Source of the DNA: Escherichia coli
GTDB taxonomy: Bacteria; Pseudomonadota; Gammaproteobacteria; Enterobacterales; Enterobacteriaceae
Length of the DNA: 40,000 nucleotides
Assembly (NCBI RefSeq): GCF_037269235.1
Contig: NZ_CP147535.1
Direction: 5' to 3' (one strand)
A program made the translations under genes and the position numbers. Below, piece by piece: positions 1 through 9,441 of this stretch. The notes under the pieces are model-generated. The model had not been told where the DNA came from and searched no databases. It saw nothing but the letters and a program-made list of their open reading frames with translations. Position 1 is the stretch's first letter. Every line of letters starts with the position of its first letter.

Positions 1-309
1 TTCGCCGTGAGCGATTTGTGATTTGCCTTCGTCGAGATCTTGCTGTGCAAGGCCGAGCAGGTTAAGCGCGGAAGCATAAGAGAAGCGGGTACGGGTGGAG
101 TTGTCGCGGAATACGGAAATACCTAATCCACTATTAAAGACTTTGGTTGAGATGTTTTCAGCACGCAGTGCTTTTAATGCTGCGGCAACGTCCAGTACTT
201 GTTTCAGTTCATCTGGCGTCTGTTCCCACGTTAACAAAAAATCTTTCTCGTGAAGGTGAGAGGTCAGCGAATTGATATCCTTAATCAGCTCATTAACAGT
301 TTTCATCAT
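1..309 (-). CDS. ygeW: carbamoyltransferase YgeW, N-terminal 103 codons only (gene runs off the window start)
   Basis: Not in the ORF track because it is cut by the window edge. My minus-strand translation from the ATG at 309..307 reads MMKTVNELIKDINSLTSHLHEKDFLLTWEQTPDELKQVLDVAAALKALRAENISTKVFNSGLGISVFRDNSTRTRFSYASALNLLGLAQQDLDEGKSQIAHGE. It contains the S-T-R-T-R carbamoyl-phosphate motif of the ATCase/OTCase family. It is divergent from ygeV, as I remember for K-12. Confidence 0.85.
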   Translation of the reverse strand, partial: MMKTVNELIKDINSLTSHLHEKDFLLTWEQTPDELKQVLDVAAALKALRAENISTKVFNSGLGISVFRDNSTRTRFSYASALNLLGLAQQDLDEGKSQIAHGE

Positions 310-400
310 AAAGTCCCGGTAGTGGAATGACAGGCAAAGTGGTTTATTTCACTGTGACTTGCCAAAGTGATTGGTGTTTTCACAGCTATACCTAGGACTA

Positions 401-416
401 ACAATAAGTGTGCCAG
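401..416 (-). promoter_or_regulatory. candidate sigma-54 (-24/-12) promoter for ygeW
   Basis: The minus strand reads cTGGCACacttaTTGT (plus strand acaataagtgtgccag). The -24 box TGGCAC is perfect and the 5-nt gap is correct, but the -12 box is TTGT rather than TTGC. It lies about 90 nt upstream of the ygeW ATG, beside the sigma-54 activator gene ygeV. Confidence 0.4.
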
Positions 417-667
417 AATTATCCACGCGGCTGCGAAAGGCTAATTTGACGGATAATGTGTGGGGTTGATCACAAATTGATGCCAGCTTCCGGTTGTTTG
501 TAAAATACGAAAACGTTTGGCTTTTTTTATCGCGTTATTTATTTGCTGCTAAGTATCAGAAATAAGATAAAGGGACAGGCGATCTCTCTTCAGTTTGATA
601 AACTCACCGCCGTAATTCTCATATTGATATAGAAATGTGATATCTCTTCCATAATTTCATTAGAAAG

Positions 668-692
668 TGATAAAAATCTTATGTTTTTATCA
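668..692. promoter_or_regulatory. perfect 9-bp inverted repeat (tgataaaaa-N7-tttttatca) upstream of ygeV, possible operator
   Basis: Read directly from the sequence, about 93 bp upstream of the ygeV ATG. The arms are AT-rich, so a chance occurrence is not excluded. Confidence 0.2.
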
Positions 693-784
693 AAGCCAAT
701 TTCGCCTGAGTTAATATCATCATGATCTATGAACCATCAACGTCTTCAATGATCGACTTTTAAGTAAGTCTGGAAGGTAAAGCT

Positions 785-2563
785 ATGGAGCTTGCTACTA
801 CGCAGTCAGTATTGATGCAAATTCAACCGACAATTCAGCGTTTTGCCAGAATGCTTGCCAGCGTTTTGCAGCTTGAGGTTGAGATCGTTGATGAAAACTT
901 GTGTCGCGTCGCCGGAACGGGCGCGTATGGGAAGTTTCTTGGTCGCCAGTTGAGCGGCAACTCACGCCTGCTCCGCCACGTCCTGGAAACGAAAACTGAA
1001 AAAGTTGTGACACAGTCTCGCTTCGATCCCCTTTGTGAAGGTTGCGATAGTAAAGAAAATTGCCGCGAAAAAGCATTTCTGGGTACGCCTGTCATTTTAC
1101 AGGATCGTTGTGTTGGAGTGATAAGTTTGATTGCCGTTACCCACGAGCAACAAGAGCATATTAGTGATAATTTACGCGAATTTTCTGATTACGTTCGCCA
1201 TATATCCACCATTTTTGTTTCTAAACTTCTGGAGGATCAGGGACCAGGAGATAACATCAGTAAAATATTCGCGACCATGATCGATAATATGGATCAGGGC
1301 GTGTTAGTGGTTGATGCTGATAATCGTGTTCAATTTGTTAATCAGACAGCTTTAAAAACACTCGGTGTTGTACAAAATAATATTATTGGAAAACCAGTTC
1401 GTTTCAGACCATTAACATTTGAGAGTAATTTTACCCATGGTCATATGCAACATATTGTTTCGTGGGATGATAAAAGTGAATTAATCATTGGTCAGTTGCA
1501 TAACATCCAGGGCCGACAACTATTTTTAATGGCGTTTCACCAATCGCATACCAGTTTTTCTGTAGCAAATGCACCTGATGAACCGCATATTGAACAATTG
1601 GTTGGCGAGTGCCGTGTTATGCGGCAATTAAAACGACTCATTAGCCGTATTGCACCCAGCCCATCCAGCGTTATGGTGGTTGGTGAAAGCGGCACAGGTA
1701 AAGAAGTCGTCGCCCGTGCAATCCATAAGTTGAGCGGAAGACGGAATAAACCCTTTATTGCTATCAACTGTGCCGCGATTCCGGAACAGCTTCTGGAGAG
1801 CGAACTGTTCGGTTATGTTAAAGGCGCATTTACTGGCGCTTCTGCCAACGGTAAAACAGGGTTGATTCAGGCGGCGAATACGGGCACGCTGTTTCTCGAT
1901 GAAATTGGTGATATGCCATTAATGTTGCAGGCTAAATTACTGCGCGCTATTGAGGCGCGTGAAATTCTGCCGATTGGTGCCAGTAGCCCAATACAAGTCG
2001 ACATCCGCATCATTTCTGCAACTAATCAGAATTTGGCCCAGTTCATTGCCGAAGGTAAATTCCGCGAAGATCTCTTCTACCGACTTAATGTTATCCCGAT
2101 AACTCTGCCACCGCTGCGTGAACGTCAGGAAGATATTGAATTACTGGTGCATTACTTTTTACATCTGCATACCCGTCGTCTGGGATCGGTTTATCCTGGC
2201 ATTGCTCCTGATGTCGTCGAAATATTGCGTAAGCATCGTTGGCCCGGAAACCTGCGCGAGTTAAGCAATTTGATGGAATATCTGGTTAACGTGGTTCCTT
2301 CAGGTGAAGTTATCGACAGCACGCTATTGCCACCAAATCTGCTGAATAATGGCACAACGGAGCAAAGTGATGTAACAGAGGTCAGTGAGGCGCACCTGTC
2401 ACTCGATGATGCGGGCGGCACGGCGCTGGAGGAGATGGAAAAGCAAATGATCCGCGAGGCGCTTTCACGTCATAACAGCAAGAAGGAAGTTGCTGATGAA
2501 CTGGGCATCGGCATTGCTACGCTCTATCGCAAGATTAAGAAATATGAGTTGTTAAACACATAA
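785..2563 (+). CDS. ygeV: sigma-54-dependent transcriptional activator (bEBP) YgeV
   Basis: 592-aa ORF. AAA+ Walker A is GESGTGKE, the sigma-54 contact motif is GAFTGA (YVKGAFTGA), and Walker B is LFLDEIGDM. There is a C-terminal Fis-type HTH (IATLYRKIKKY) and an N-terminal sensory region with a PAS-like stretch. Confidence 0.95.
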   Translation: MELATTQSVLMQIQPTIQRFARMLASVLQLEVEIVDENLCRVAGTGAYGKFLGRQLSGNSRLLRHVLETKTEKVVTQSRFDPLCEGCDSKENCREKAFLGTPVILQDRCVGVISLIAVTHEQQEHISDNLREFSDYVRHISTIFVSKLLEDQGPGDNISKIFATMIDNMDQGVLVVDADNRVQFVNQTALKTLGVVQNNIIGKPVRFRPLTFESNFTHGHMQHIVSWDDKSELIIGQLHNIQGRQLFLMAFHQSHTSFSVANAPDEPHIEQLVGECRVMRQLKRLISRIAPSPSSVMVVGESGTGKEVVARAIHKLSGRRNKPFIAINCAAIPEQLLESELFGYVKGAFTGASANGKTGLIQAANTGTLFLDEIGDMPLMLQAKLLRAIEAREILPIGASSPIQVDIRIISATNQNLAQFIAEGKFREDLFYRLNVIPITLPPLRERQEDIELLVHYFLHLHTRRLGSVYPGIAPDVVEILRKHRWPGNLRELSNLMEYLVNVVPSGEVIDSTLLPPNLLNNGTTEQSDVTEVSEAHLSLDDAGGTALEEMEKQMIREALSRHNSKKEVADELGIGIATLYRKIKKYELLNT

Positions 2564-2572
2564 CCTCAGTGA

Positions 2573-2596
2573 ATCCGGCCTGAATTCAGGCCGGAT
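2573..2596. terminator. 24-bp perfect palindrome between convergent ygeV and xdhC, likely rho-independent terminator
   Basis: atccggcctgaattcaggccggat is self-complementary and GC-rich. On the plus strand it is followed by atccttttacttcgttttc. It begins 10 nt after the ygeV stop. Confidence 0.6.
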
Positions 2597-2602
2597 ATCC
2601 TT

Positions 2603-3082
2603 TTACTTCGTTTTCTCGCAATCCAGAACTGTATTTACAATCATCTGATACCCCGTGCAGCGACAAAGATTTCCCGCCAGTCCGCGACGAATTTCCGTAA
2701 TGGTTAATGGCTTCTCGCGTGGTTTCGCCAGCATTGCCGTGGTAGCCATAATCAGGCCAGGCGTACAAAACCCGCACTGCACTGCGCCGGATTTCGCATA
2801 AGCCTGCTGAACATGAGAAAGTTTTCCGCCTTTCGCTTCACCTTCCAGCGTGCGGATCTCTTTTCCTTCAGCCCAGGCGGCAAGGTATAAGCAACTGTCT
2901 ATTGCTGTGCCGTCGACCAGCACCGTACAGGCACCACATTCACCCACGCAGCACCCTTGTTTGACACTTAGCAGTCCTTGTTCGCGGAGTAATTCCGAGA
3001 GCGGCGTGCCTGGTGCGGCGTGAAGCTGAAAAGGCATCCCGTTAATGGTGCATTCGATGGTAATTGTTTCGCTGTGATTCAT
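2603..3082 (-). CDS. xdhC: xanthine dehydrogenase iron-sulfur subunit (two [2Fe-2S] clusters)
   Basis: 159 aa. Cluster motifs are [11 protein letters not shown] and CGFCTPG...CRCTGY. A 4-nt start/stop overlap with the upstream xdhB indicates an operon. Confidence 0.95.
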
Positions 3083-3957
3083 TGCAATTTTCCCCCCGCC
3101 GCGGCGACGGCTTCGCTAATCACTTTTTTGGTCATCGTCTGGATGAGATACAGACGAAACTCTTTACTGGCCCGCCATGAAGAACGCGGGGCGACATCTT
3201 GCAGGACAGATTCGCTGATAGCTTCCAGCGTTTGCAGGTTTAATGGCGCATTTTGTGCAGTCTGTTCGGCATGTTGGCAGCGAATCGGCGTTGGCGCGGC
3301 AACACCAAATGCCAGGCGTAATTCGCTGAAATTGCCGTTATCCAGTCGGCAATGTGCGGCACAGCCAATCGTTGAAATATCCATTGCGTCGCGCATGGCA
3401 TATTTAAAATGCGCGCTGCCCGCGTGTTCTTTCGGCTGGGGCGGAAAATGAAAGGCGACAAGGATTTCGTCATGCTCAAGAGACACTTTGCCCGGCCCAG
3501 TGTGAAAGCCATTAATCGGGACGAAACGAACACCGCGTGGGGAGTGGATCTCCAGCTTTGCGTCATAAATTAGCGTTGGCGTGGCAGAATCTGCGCTGGT
3601 GGCACCGTTGCAAATATTTCCACCGTAGGTAGCGACGTTACGGATCTGCGGTCCGGCAATGGATGAGGCCGCAGCACATAACGCCGGGAGATGACGTTGA
3701 GTTACAGGATCTTCAATGAGCTGGGTAAATGTCGTTGCAGAGCCGATACGTAGTGAGCCATCTTCCGCCAGCGTAATTCCCCGCAGCTCCGCCAGATTAT
3801 GAATATCAACAATATGGCGATAACGGTCATTGTGATGGTGGAGCTGAATCAGTACGTCAGTGCCACCGGCGAGCAGTTTGGCCTGCGGGTTGTCAGCCAG
3901 CAGGTTGATGGCATCGGCAAGGGTTGCTGCGCGATGGTAAGAAGCAAAATCAAACAT
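3079..3957 (-). CDS. xdhB: xanthine dehydrogenase FAD-binding subunit
   Basis: 292 aa. N-terminal [12 protein letters not shown]-binding motif of the molybdopterin-dehydrogenase family. It sits between the Mo subunit and the Fe-S subunit. Confidence 0.95.
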
Positions 3958-3967
3958 GATGTTATCC

Positions 3968-6226
3968 TCAAATCAATCCTGCCAGATGGAACTCTTCATA
4001 TAACCGTTTTGGCGTCAGCGGCAGTGTATTGATTGCAACACCGGTAGCCATCTTCACCGCGTTACGAATAGCAGCGGCAACAGGAATTATTGGTGGCTCA
4101 CCCAGTGACTTATGTCCGTATGCGGATTGCGGCTCATTGATTTCGACGAACGCGCTTTCCAGTTGTGGCAGATCCGGCATGGTCGGCATTTTGTAATCCA
4201 GCAGATTGGGGTTACGGACCACGCCGCTTTTCGCATCGATGATCATCTCTTCAAATAGCGCCCAGCCAATGCCCATTCCCATTCCGCCGTGTACCTGACC
4301 TTCTGCCAGCAGCGGATTTAGAATATGCCCCGAATCATGAACGTTGAGGATGCGGTTGATGGTGACTTTACACAGCGCAATATCGACCGTCAGATCAACA
4401 AAGGTACAGCCAAACGCCGGTGGGTTAGTGGTGGTTTTGATGGAGCTTTCAGCAGAGAGCTGCCCACCGCGTTCAGGGTGGTAGAAAGCGTCCATCGCCA
4501 AATCTTTTAACGACATTAACGGCCCTTCCGGTCGTTCAACCAGCACGATATGGCCTTTTATCAGGGTCAGATTCATCGCTGACTGATGTAGCATGACTGC
4601 GGCGTGAGCGATGATTTTCTCTTTTAATAACAGTGCCGCACTGCGCAGCGCAGGCGCGGCAACATAGCTCTGGCGTGAGGCAAATGCGCCGGGATCGAAC
4701 GGCGTAACATCGGTATCTTGTGTTGAAATAACGCGAACGTCGCTGACCGGAACCCCCACGGTTTCTGCCACCATTTGCGAGAAGACGGTGTCGGCACCCT
4801 GACCGATTTCCGTCGCGCCGCTTTGCACGTTGATGGTTCCATCCTGATTCATCAACAGGCGCGCGCCTGCTATTTCTACGCCGACAGGCCAGGTGTTCGA
4901 GGTGTAGCTAAAACAGGCGACGCCAACGCCGCGGCGTAAATTGCCTTTCTGGTTCTGGCACTCTGCACGGCGTTTTTCCCATTCAAAGATTTTCCGGCCT
5001 TTTTCAAGACACTCCGGCAACCCTGCGCTGTAAATACGTTTGCCCGTGAGCGGATTAGCATCTCCTTCGCGGGCGGCGTTGCGTAAACGAATTTCAACAG
5101 GATCAATACCTAACGCTGTCGCGGCGTCATCAAGCATAGACTCAACGGCAAATACGACTTGTGGCGCGCCATAACCACGCATCGCACCAGCCGAGGGGAG
5201 GTTGGTATAGCAGGTCTTTGAACTGTAAGCGTAGGCACAACGAGGATAAAGGTAAGCGACTTTATTCCCCCCTGCAGAAGCGATGGAGTGCCCGTGAGAT
5301 GCATAAGCGCCGGTGTTAGACAGAACATCCAGACTATAACCTTTCAATGTTCCGTCGCGGTTCACGCCCATTTGCCCGTCAATAGTAAAAGCGTGGCGGG
5401 TACGGGTTGCGAGGAAACACTCTTCACGGCTAAGGGAAACTTTCACCGGAATGCCGCCAAGCTTGCTGGTCAGGAATGCCGCCATTGGCTCTTCCAGTAC
5501 ATCCTGTTTATTACCAAAACCGCCACCGACAAACGGTTTGATGACTCGTACGCATGACCAGGGAATATCCAGCGCCTGACCAACCACGCGGCGAACAATG
5601 TGCGGGATCTGGGTGCTGGAAACGATGGTAATTCGCGAGTCATCCTCCATCCATGCCAGCGATGTCACGCTTTCCATGTGACAATGTTGAATAACGGGAG
5701 TCTGATAGTGCCCCTGAACCTGGTAGTCGGCGGCATCGATTGTTTGTTGGACATTGCCCGTCGACATCGTGCTTTGTTTTAGTAAATTGCCGCCGTTATG
5801 GATTGGTTCAGCGTCATCAGCCAGCGCCGCTTCTGGGGTGGTGATAACGGGTAATTCTTGCCACTCAATGCTGACCAATTGCGCCGCTTTTTCTGCCGTG
5901 AGTTCATCACGGGCCACGACGATGGCAACGGCGTCACCATGGTGACGAACATGGCGAGTTAGCAGTGCGCGATCGGCGGTATCGCGCTTGTTTTCGTCAA
6001 GTGTCCAGGCATGCCCAGCTGTAGCGAATGGGATATCAGGCACATCTTCCCAGGTAAAAATCGCCAGTACGCCCGGTAAACTTCTGGCTTGTTCATCATT
6101 AATACTTACGGCATAACCATGTGCGATAGGGCTACGTACATATTTCGCGTAACACATGCCCGCCATAACATAATCGTCAGTATATCGTGCCCGCCCGGTG
6201 ACCTTAGCAATGGCATCTACGCGCAT
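3968..6226 (-). CDS. xdhA: xanthine dehydrogenase molybdopterin-binding subunit
   Basis: The ORF track gives 765 aa from 6265. I prefer the internal ATG at 6226 (MRVDAIAKVTGRARY, 752 aa), which has aggtga 7 nt upstream. The GGGFGNK motif and aldehyde-oxidase/XDH-type domains run throughout. Confidence 0.93.
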   Translation of the reverse strand: MRVDAIAKVTGRARYTDDYVMAGMCYAKYVRSPIAHGYAVSINDEQARSLPGVLAIFTWEDVPDIPFATAGHAWTLDENKRDTADRALLTRHVRHHGDAVAIVVARDELTAEKAAQLVSIEWQELPVITTPEAALADDAEPIHNGGNLLKQSTMSTGNVQQTIDAADYQVQGHYQTPVIQHCHMESVTSLAWMEDDSRITIVSSTQIPHIVRRVVGQALDIPWSCVRVIKPFVGGGFGNKQDVLEEPMAAFLTSKLGGIPVKVSLSREECFLATRTRHAFTIDGQMGVNRDGTLKGYSLDVLSNTGAYASHGHSIASAGGNKVAYLYPRCAYAYSSKTCYTNLPSAGAMRGYGAPQVVFAVESMLDDAATALGIDPVEIRLRNAAREGDANPLTGKRIYSAGLPECLEKGRKIFEWEKRRAECQNQKGNLRRGVGVACFSYTSNTWPVGVEIAGARLLMNQDGTINVQSGATEIGQGADTVFSQMVAETVGVPVSDVRVISTQDTDVTPFDPGAFASRQSYVAAPALRSAALLLKEKIIAHAAVMLHQSAMNLTLIKGHIVLVERPEGPLMSLKDLAMDAFYHPERGGQLSAESSIKTTTNPPAFGCTFVDLTVDIALCKVTINRILNVHDSGHILNPLLAEGQVHGGMGMGIGWALFEEMIIDAKSGVVRNPNLLDYKMPTMPDLPQLESAFVEINEPQSAYGHKSLGEPPIIPVAAAIRNAVKMATGVAINTLPLTPKRLYEEFHLAGLI

Positions 6227-6321
6227 GCATGATTCACCTGTAGCGGTTGCTTCCCGCGCTTCCATAGAAATCCCCTCGATTTGAACATTTGGTTCTTATG
6301 GCAAAGATTTAGTCTAAGCAG

Positions 6322-6337
6322 GCAAGATTTACGCCAG
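6322..6337 (-). promoter_or_regulatory. candidate sigma-54 (-24/-12) promoter for xdhABC
   Basis: The minus strand reads cTGGCGtaaatcTTGCc (plus strand gcaagatttacgccag). GG and GC are at the canonical spacing and the -12 box TTGC is intact. It lies about 95 nt upstream of the xdhA ATG at 6226. Confidence 0.3.
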
Positions 6338-6680
6338 AAACGACGATAAGCGTTAAGGGAGGAAGGAAGTGTGATGATGTTAAAAAAACACAGATATGAT
6401 ACGAAACAGGACCCTGAATAGGGGCAGTGATACGTATCAATATGAGTGGCGATAAAATCAATGTGATAAATTGGGATTATTACGCATCAGGATGGGAAAT
6501 AGGGTAAATGAGTCAGGAAATTCGATACATCTACAGTGAATATTTTGCTGATGATACTTCCCTTTGCCAAATGAAATTAACCTCTTTCTCTATTACCGCG
6601 TTTTTCCAGAAGCAAGAGATTGGGTATCAAGAGGCTGGCTGCTATGATATGGCGTCTTGTTTTTTAAGCGAGGAAAGATT

Positions 6681-7433
6681 TTGAGTGCGGGACGCCTGAA
6701 TAAAAAATCTCTGGGTATCGTGATGTTGTTATCGGTTGGACTGCTTTTGGCGGGCTGCTCGGGTAGCAAATCATCCGATACAGGAACGTATTCCGGCTCC
6801 GTTTACACCGTGAAACGGGGGGATACGCTATATCGTATTTCGCGCACCACGGGAACCAGCGTAAAAGAGCTGGCGCGACTGAACGGCATTTCCCCCCCTT
6901 ACACCATTGAAGTTGGTCAGAAACTAAAACTGGGTGGGGCGAAAAGTAGCAGTACACGTAAATCAACCGCCAAATCAACGACCAAAACCGCATCGGTTAC
7001 ACCGTCATCAGCGGTACCGAAATCTTCCTGGCCGCCAGTAGGGCAACGTTGTTGGTTATGGCCAACGACAGGGAAAGTTATCATGCCGTATTCGACAGCA
7101 GATGGCGGCAATAAAGGGATTGATATCTCAGCTCCACGAGGTACACCTATTTACGCCGCGGGTGCAGGAAAGGTGGTGTATGTGGGCAACCAGCTGCGTG
7201 GCTACGGTAATCTCATCATGATTAAACACAGTGAAGATTACATTACGGCTTACGCCCATAATGACACGATGCTGGTAAATAATGGGCAAAGCGTGAAGGC
7301 TGGGCAAAAAATCGCCACTATGGGGAGCACTGATGCGGCATCTGTTCGCCTACATTTCCAGATTCGTTACCGTGCAACGGCAATTGATCCGCTACGTTAC
7401 TTGCCGCCTCAGGGCAGCAAGCCAAAATGCTGA
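6681..7433 (+). CDS. ygeR: LysM-domain / M23 peptidase-family lipoprotein YgeR
   Basis: The ORF track opens at 6657. I favour the TTG at 6681, preceded by aggaaag. Lipobox is LLLAGC. LysM is YTVKRGDTLYRISRTTGTSVKELARLNGI. M23 core is GIDISAPRGTPIYAAGAGKVVY...AYAHN. The exact start is uncertain. Confidence 0.9.
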   Translation: MSAGRLNKKSLGIVMLLSVGLLLAGCSGSKSSDTGTYSGSVYTVKRGDTLYRISRTTGTSVKELARLNGISPPYTIEVGQKLKLGGAKSSSTRKSTAKSTTKTASVTPSSAVPKSSWPPVGQRCWLWPTTGKVIMPYSTADGGNKGIDISAPRGTPIYAAGAGKVVYVGNQLRGYGNLIMIKHSEDYITAYAHNDTMLVNNGQSVKAGQKIATMGSTDAASVRLHFQIRYRATAIDPLRYLPPQGSKPKC

Positions 7434-7466
7434 TGGCGAATTAATCAGCAGTCAGCAGCGCGGCAC

Positions 7467-7494
7467 TTGCTAAGGAGAGCGTAAGGTTTATAAT
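7467..7494 (+). promoter_or_regulatory. sigma-70 promoter of glyU
   Basis: -35 TTGCTA (7467-7472), a 16-bp spacer, then a perfect -10 TATAAT (7489-7494). A GC-rich discriminator gccttacgc follows, typical of stable-RNA promoters. The tRNA begins 18 nt downstream of the -10. Confidence 0.65.
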
Positions 7495-7511
7495 GCCTTA
7501 CGCATCTCGAA

Positions 7512-7585
7512 GCGGGCGTAGTTCAATGGTAGAACGAGAGCTTCCCAAGCTCTATACGAGGGTTCGATTCCCTTCGCCCGCTCCA
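7512..7585 (+). tRNA. glyU: tRNA-Gly (anticodon CCC)
   Basis: A 74-nt cloverleaf folded by hand. Acceptor GCGGGCG/CGCCCGC, D arm GTTC/GAAC, anticodon stem AGAGC/GCTCT with loop TTCCCAA, T arm GAGGG-TTCGATT-CCCTT, and an encoded CCA. Confidence 0.95.
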
Positions 7586-7806
7586 ATTTATCTTCACCTC
7601 ATCAATCTGCCATTTTTGCTGTATCTGATTTTCTATATTATCTTAATTCAATTGCTTCAGACTTTTCGCAATCGCTGTAACACTTCCCCATTTTTTTGTA
7701 AATAAAAAGCGTTTACGCAATGCAATCCTTTTGTAACAACCCAGGTAAAATACCTTATTTTCAAGTTGTTAAATAAGTGGTTATCTACGCTTTTAACAAA
7801 CGATTG

Positions 7807-9428
7807 ATGGAATCTTTTATGAAAGGGAAATCTACATTAACTCTTCTGCTCGCTGGTATATTTTCGTGCGGCACATGCCAGGCGACAGGGGCAGAAGTGA
7901 CGAGTGAATCTGTATTTAACATTCTTAATTCCACGGGGCAGCAACTGATAAAAGTTATTTATCGTTAAATCCAGATAAGTATCCTAATTATCGTCTTCTG
8001 ATTCACTCAGCCAAATTAAAAAATGAAATAAAGAGCCACTATACCAAAGACGAAATTCAAGGATTGTTAACATTAACAGAAAATACACGAAAGTTAACGT
8101 TGACGGAGAAACCCTGGGGAACATTTATTCTTGCTTCTACTTTCGAAGATGACAAAACAGCGGCAGAAACCCACTATGATGCTGTCTGGCTGAGGGATAG
8201 TTTATGGGGCTATATGGCATTAGTATCAGATCAGGGAAATAGTGTAGCAGCAAAAAAGGTTCTGCTCACTCTGTGGGATTATATGTCTACGCCCGACCAG
8301 ATTAAGCGGATGCAGGACGTCATTAGCAACCCAAAACGACTGGATGGTATTCCTGGGCAAATGAATGCTGTACATATCCGATTTGACAGCAACTCCCCCG
8401 TGATGGCAGATGTGCAGGAAGAAGGCAAGCCGCAGCTGTGGAACCATAAACAAAATGATGCGTTAGGTCTTTATCTTGATCTCCTTATACAAGCAATCGA
8501 CACTGGTACTATTAACGCTGAAGATTGGCAAAAAGGTGACCGATTAAAATCGGTTGCGCTGCTGATTGCTTATCTGGATAAAGCCAATTTCTATATTATG
8601 GAAGATTCCGGAGCGTGGGAAGAAGATGCCCGATTAAACACATCTTCCGTTGCACTGGTGACCTCTGGACTGGAACGTTTGTCAAACCTACTCTCGAAGA
8701 AAGACTCTGTTTTTGTCTCTGATTTACTACGCGAAGCTAAAGCCAATGAACTGGATGCAACTTTTTCAACAACGAGGTTGAACCACCTCATAGATAAAGG
8801 TTATGAAAGAATAACGTTACAGCTTGATTTAGGGGGAGAATCCCCAGGTTATCTGGAAAAAGATAAACATTACAGAGAAGCCGATGCGGCTTTACTTAAT
8901 GTTATTTATCCTGCAAATCTTTCAAAGATAAATACCAGAAGAAAAGAGCAAGTTCTAAAAATAGTTAAAAAACTAGCAGGTCCGTATGGTATAAAAAGAT
9001 ACGAGAAGGATAATTATCAGTCGGCAAATTTTTGGTTCAATGATATTAAAACCGATACCGATCAAAATTCACATGCGAAAAGAGAAATGAGCTTCATTCC
9101 ATCAACAGAAGCAGAATGGTTTTTTGACTCATGGTATGCAAAATCAGCAGCAATTGTTTATAAAGAATCAAGAAAAGAAGAGTATTTGAATGACTCTGTG
9201 CAATTTATGAATAGATCATTGGCCCAAATAACAGGCGAGAATATGATTGGTGCAAATGGCAGGAGTGTACCTGAAATGGCACTTCCCGAAAGCTATAACT
9301 ATATCCACAAGTCGGGAACTTTGCATGAAGCGCCAAGCCCTATCATTCCGCTAAATTGGTCGAAAGCTTCAATGACTCTCATGTTGAAAGAGATGTCCAA
9401 CCTTATCAATGATGAGGGAAATAAATAG
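7807..9428 (+). pseudogene. ygeQ: secreted glycoside hydrolase family 15-like protein, disrupted by a 1-nt frameshift
   Basis: The signal-peptide part (MESFMKGKSTLTLLLAGIFSCGTCQATGAE...NILNSTG) stops at 7968. The frame offset by one is open from 7929 and reads on as AATDKSYLSLNPDKYPNYRLLIHSAKLKNEIKSHYTKDEIQGLLTLTENTRK... into the 454-aa ORF 8064-9428, which has the GH15-like motif YDAVWLRDS. The two frames join if the G4 run at 7935-7938 is read as G5. Confidence 0.7.
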
Positions 9429-9441
9429 TTTTCATAATGAG

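Noticed and set aside
798-2421. Minus-strand ORFs of 76-92 aa inside ygeV (798-1076, 835-1095, 1537-1767, 2191-2421)
   Set aside because: They lie entirely antisense to a confidently identified 592-aa gene. They have no SD signals, and their Arg/Ser/Pro-rich composition is typical of shadow frames.
3020-5945. Plus- and minus-strand ORFs of 60-143 aa overlapping xdhC, xdhB and xdhA (for example 3020-3451, 3240-3566, 4325-4510, 5288-5557)
   Set aside because: These are alternative-frame or antisense ORFs within GC-rich, well-supported xanthine dehydrogenase genes. None has a recognisable motif or initiation context.
7493-7705. 70-aa ORF spanning the glyU region
   Set aside because: It reads straight through the tRNA-Gly gene and its promoter, so the tRNA cloverleaf explains the sequence.
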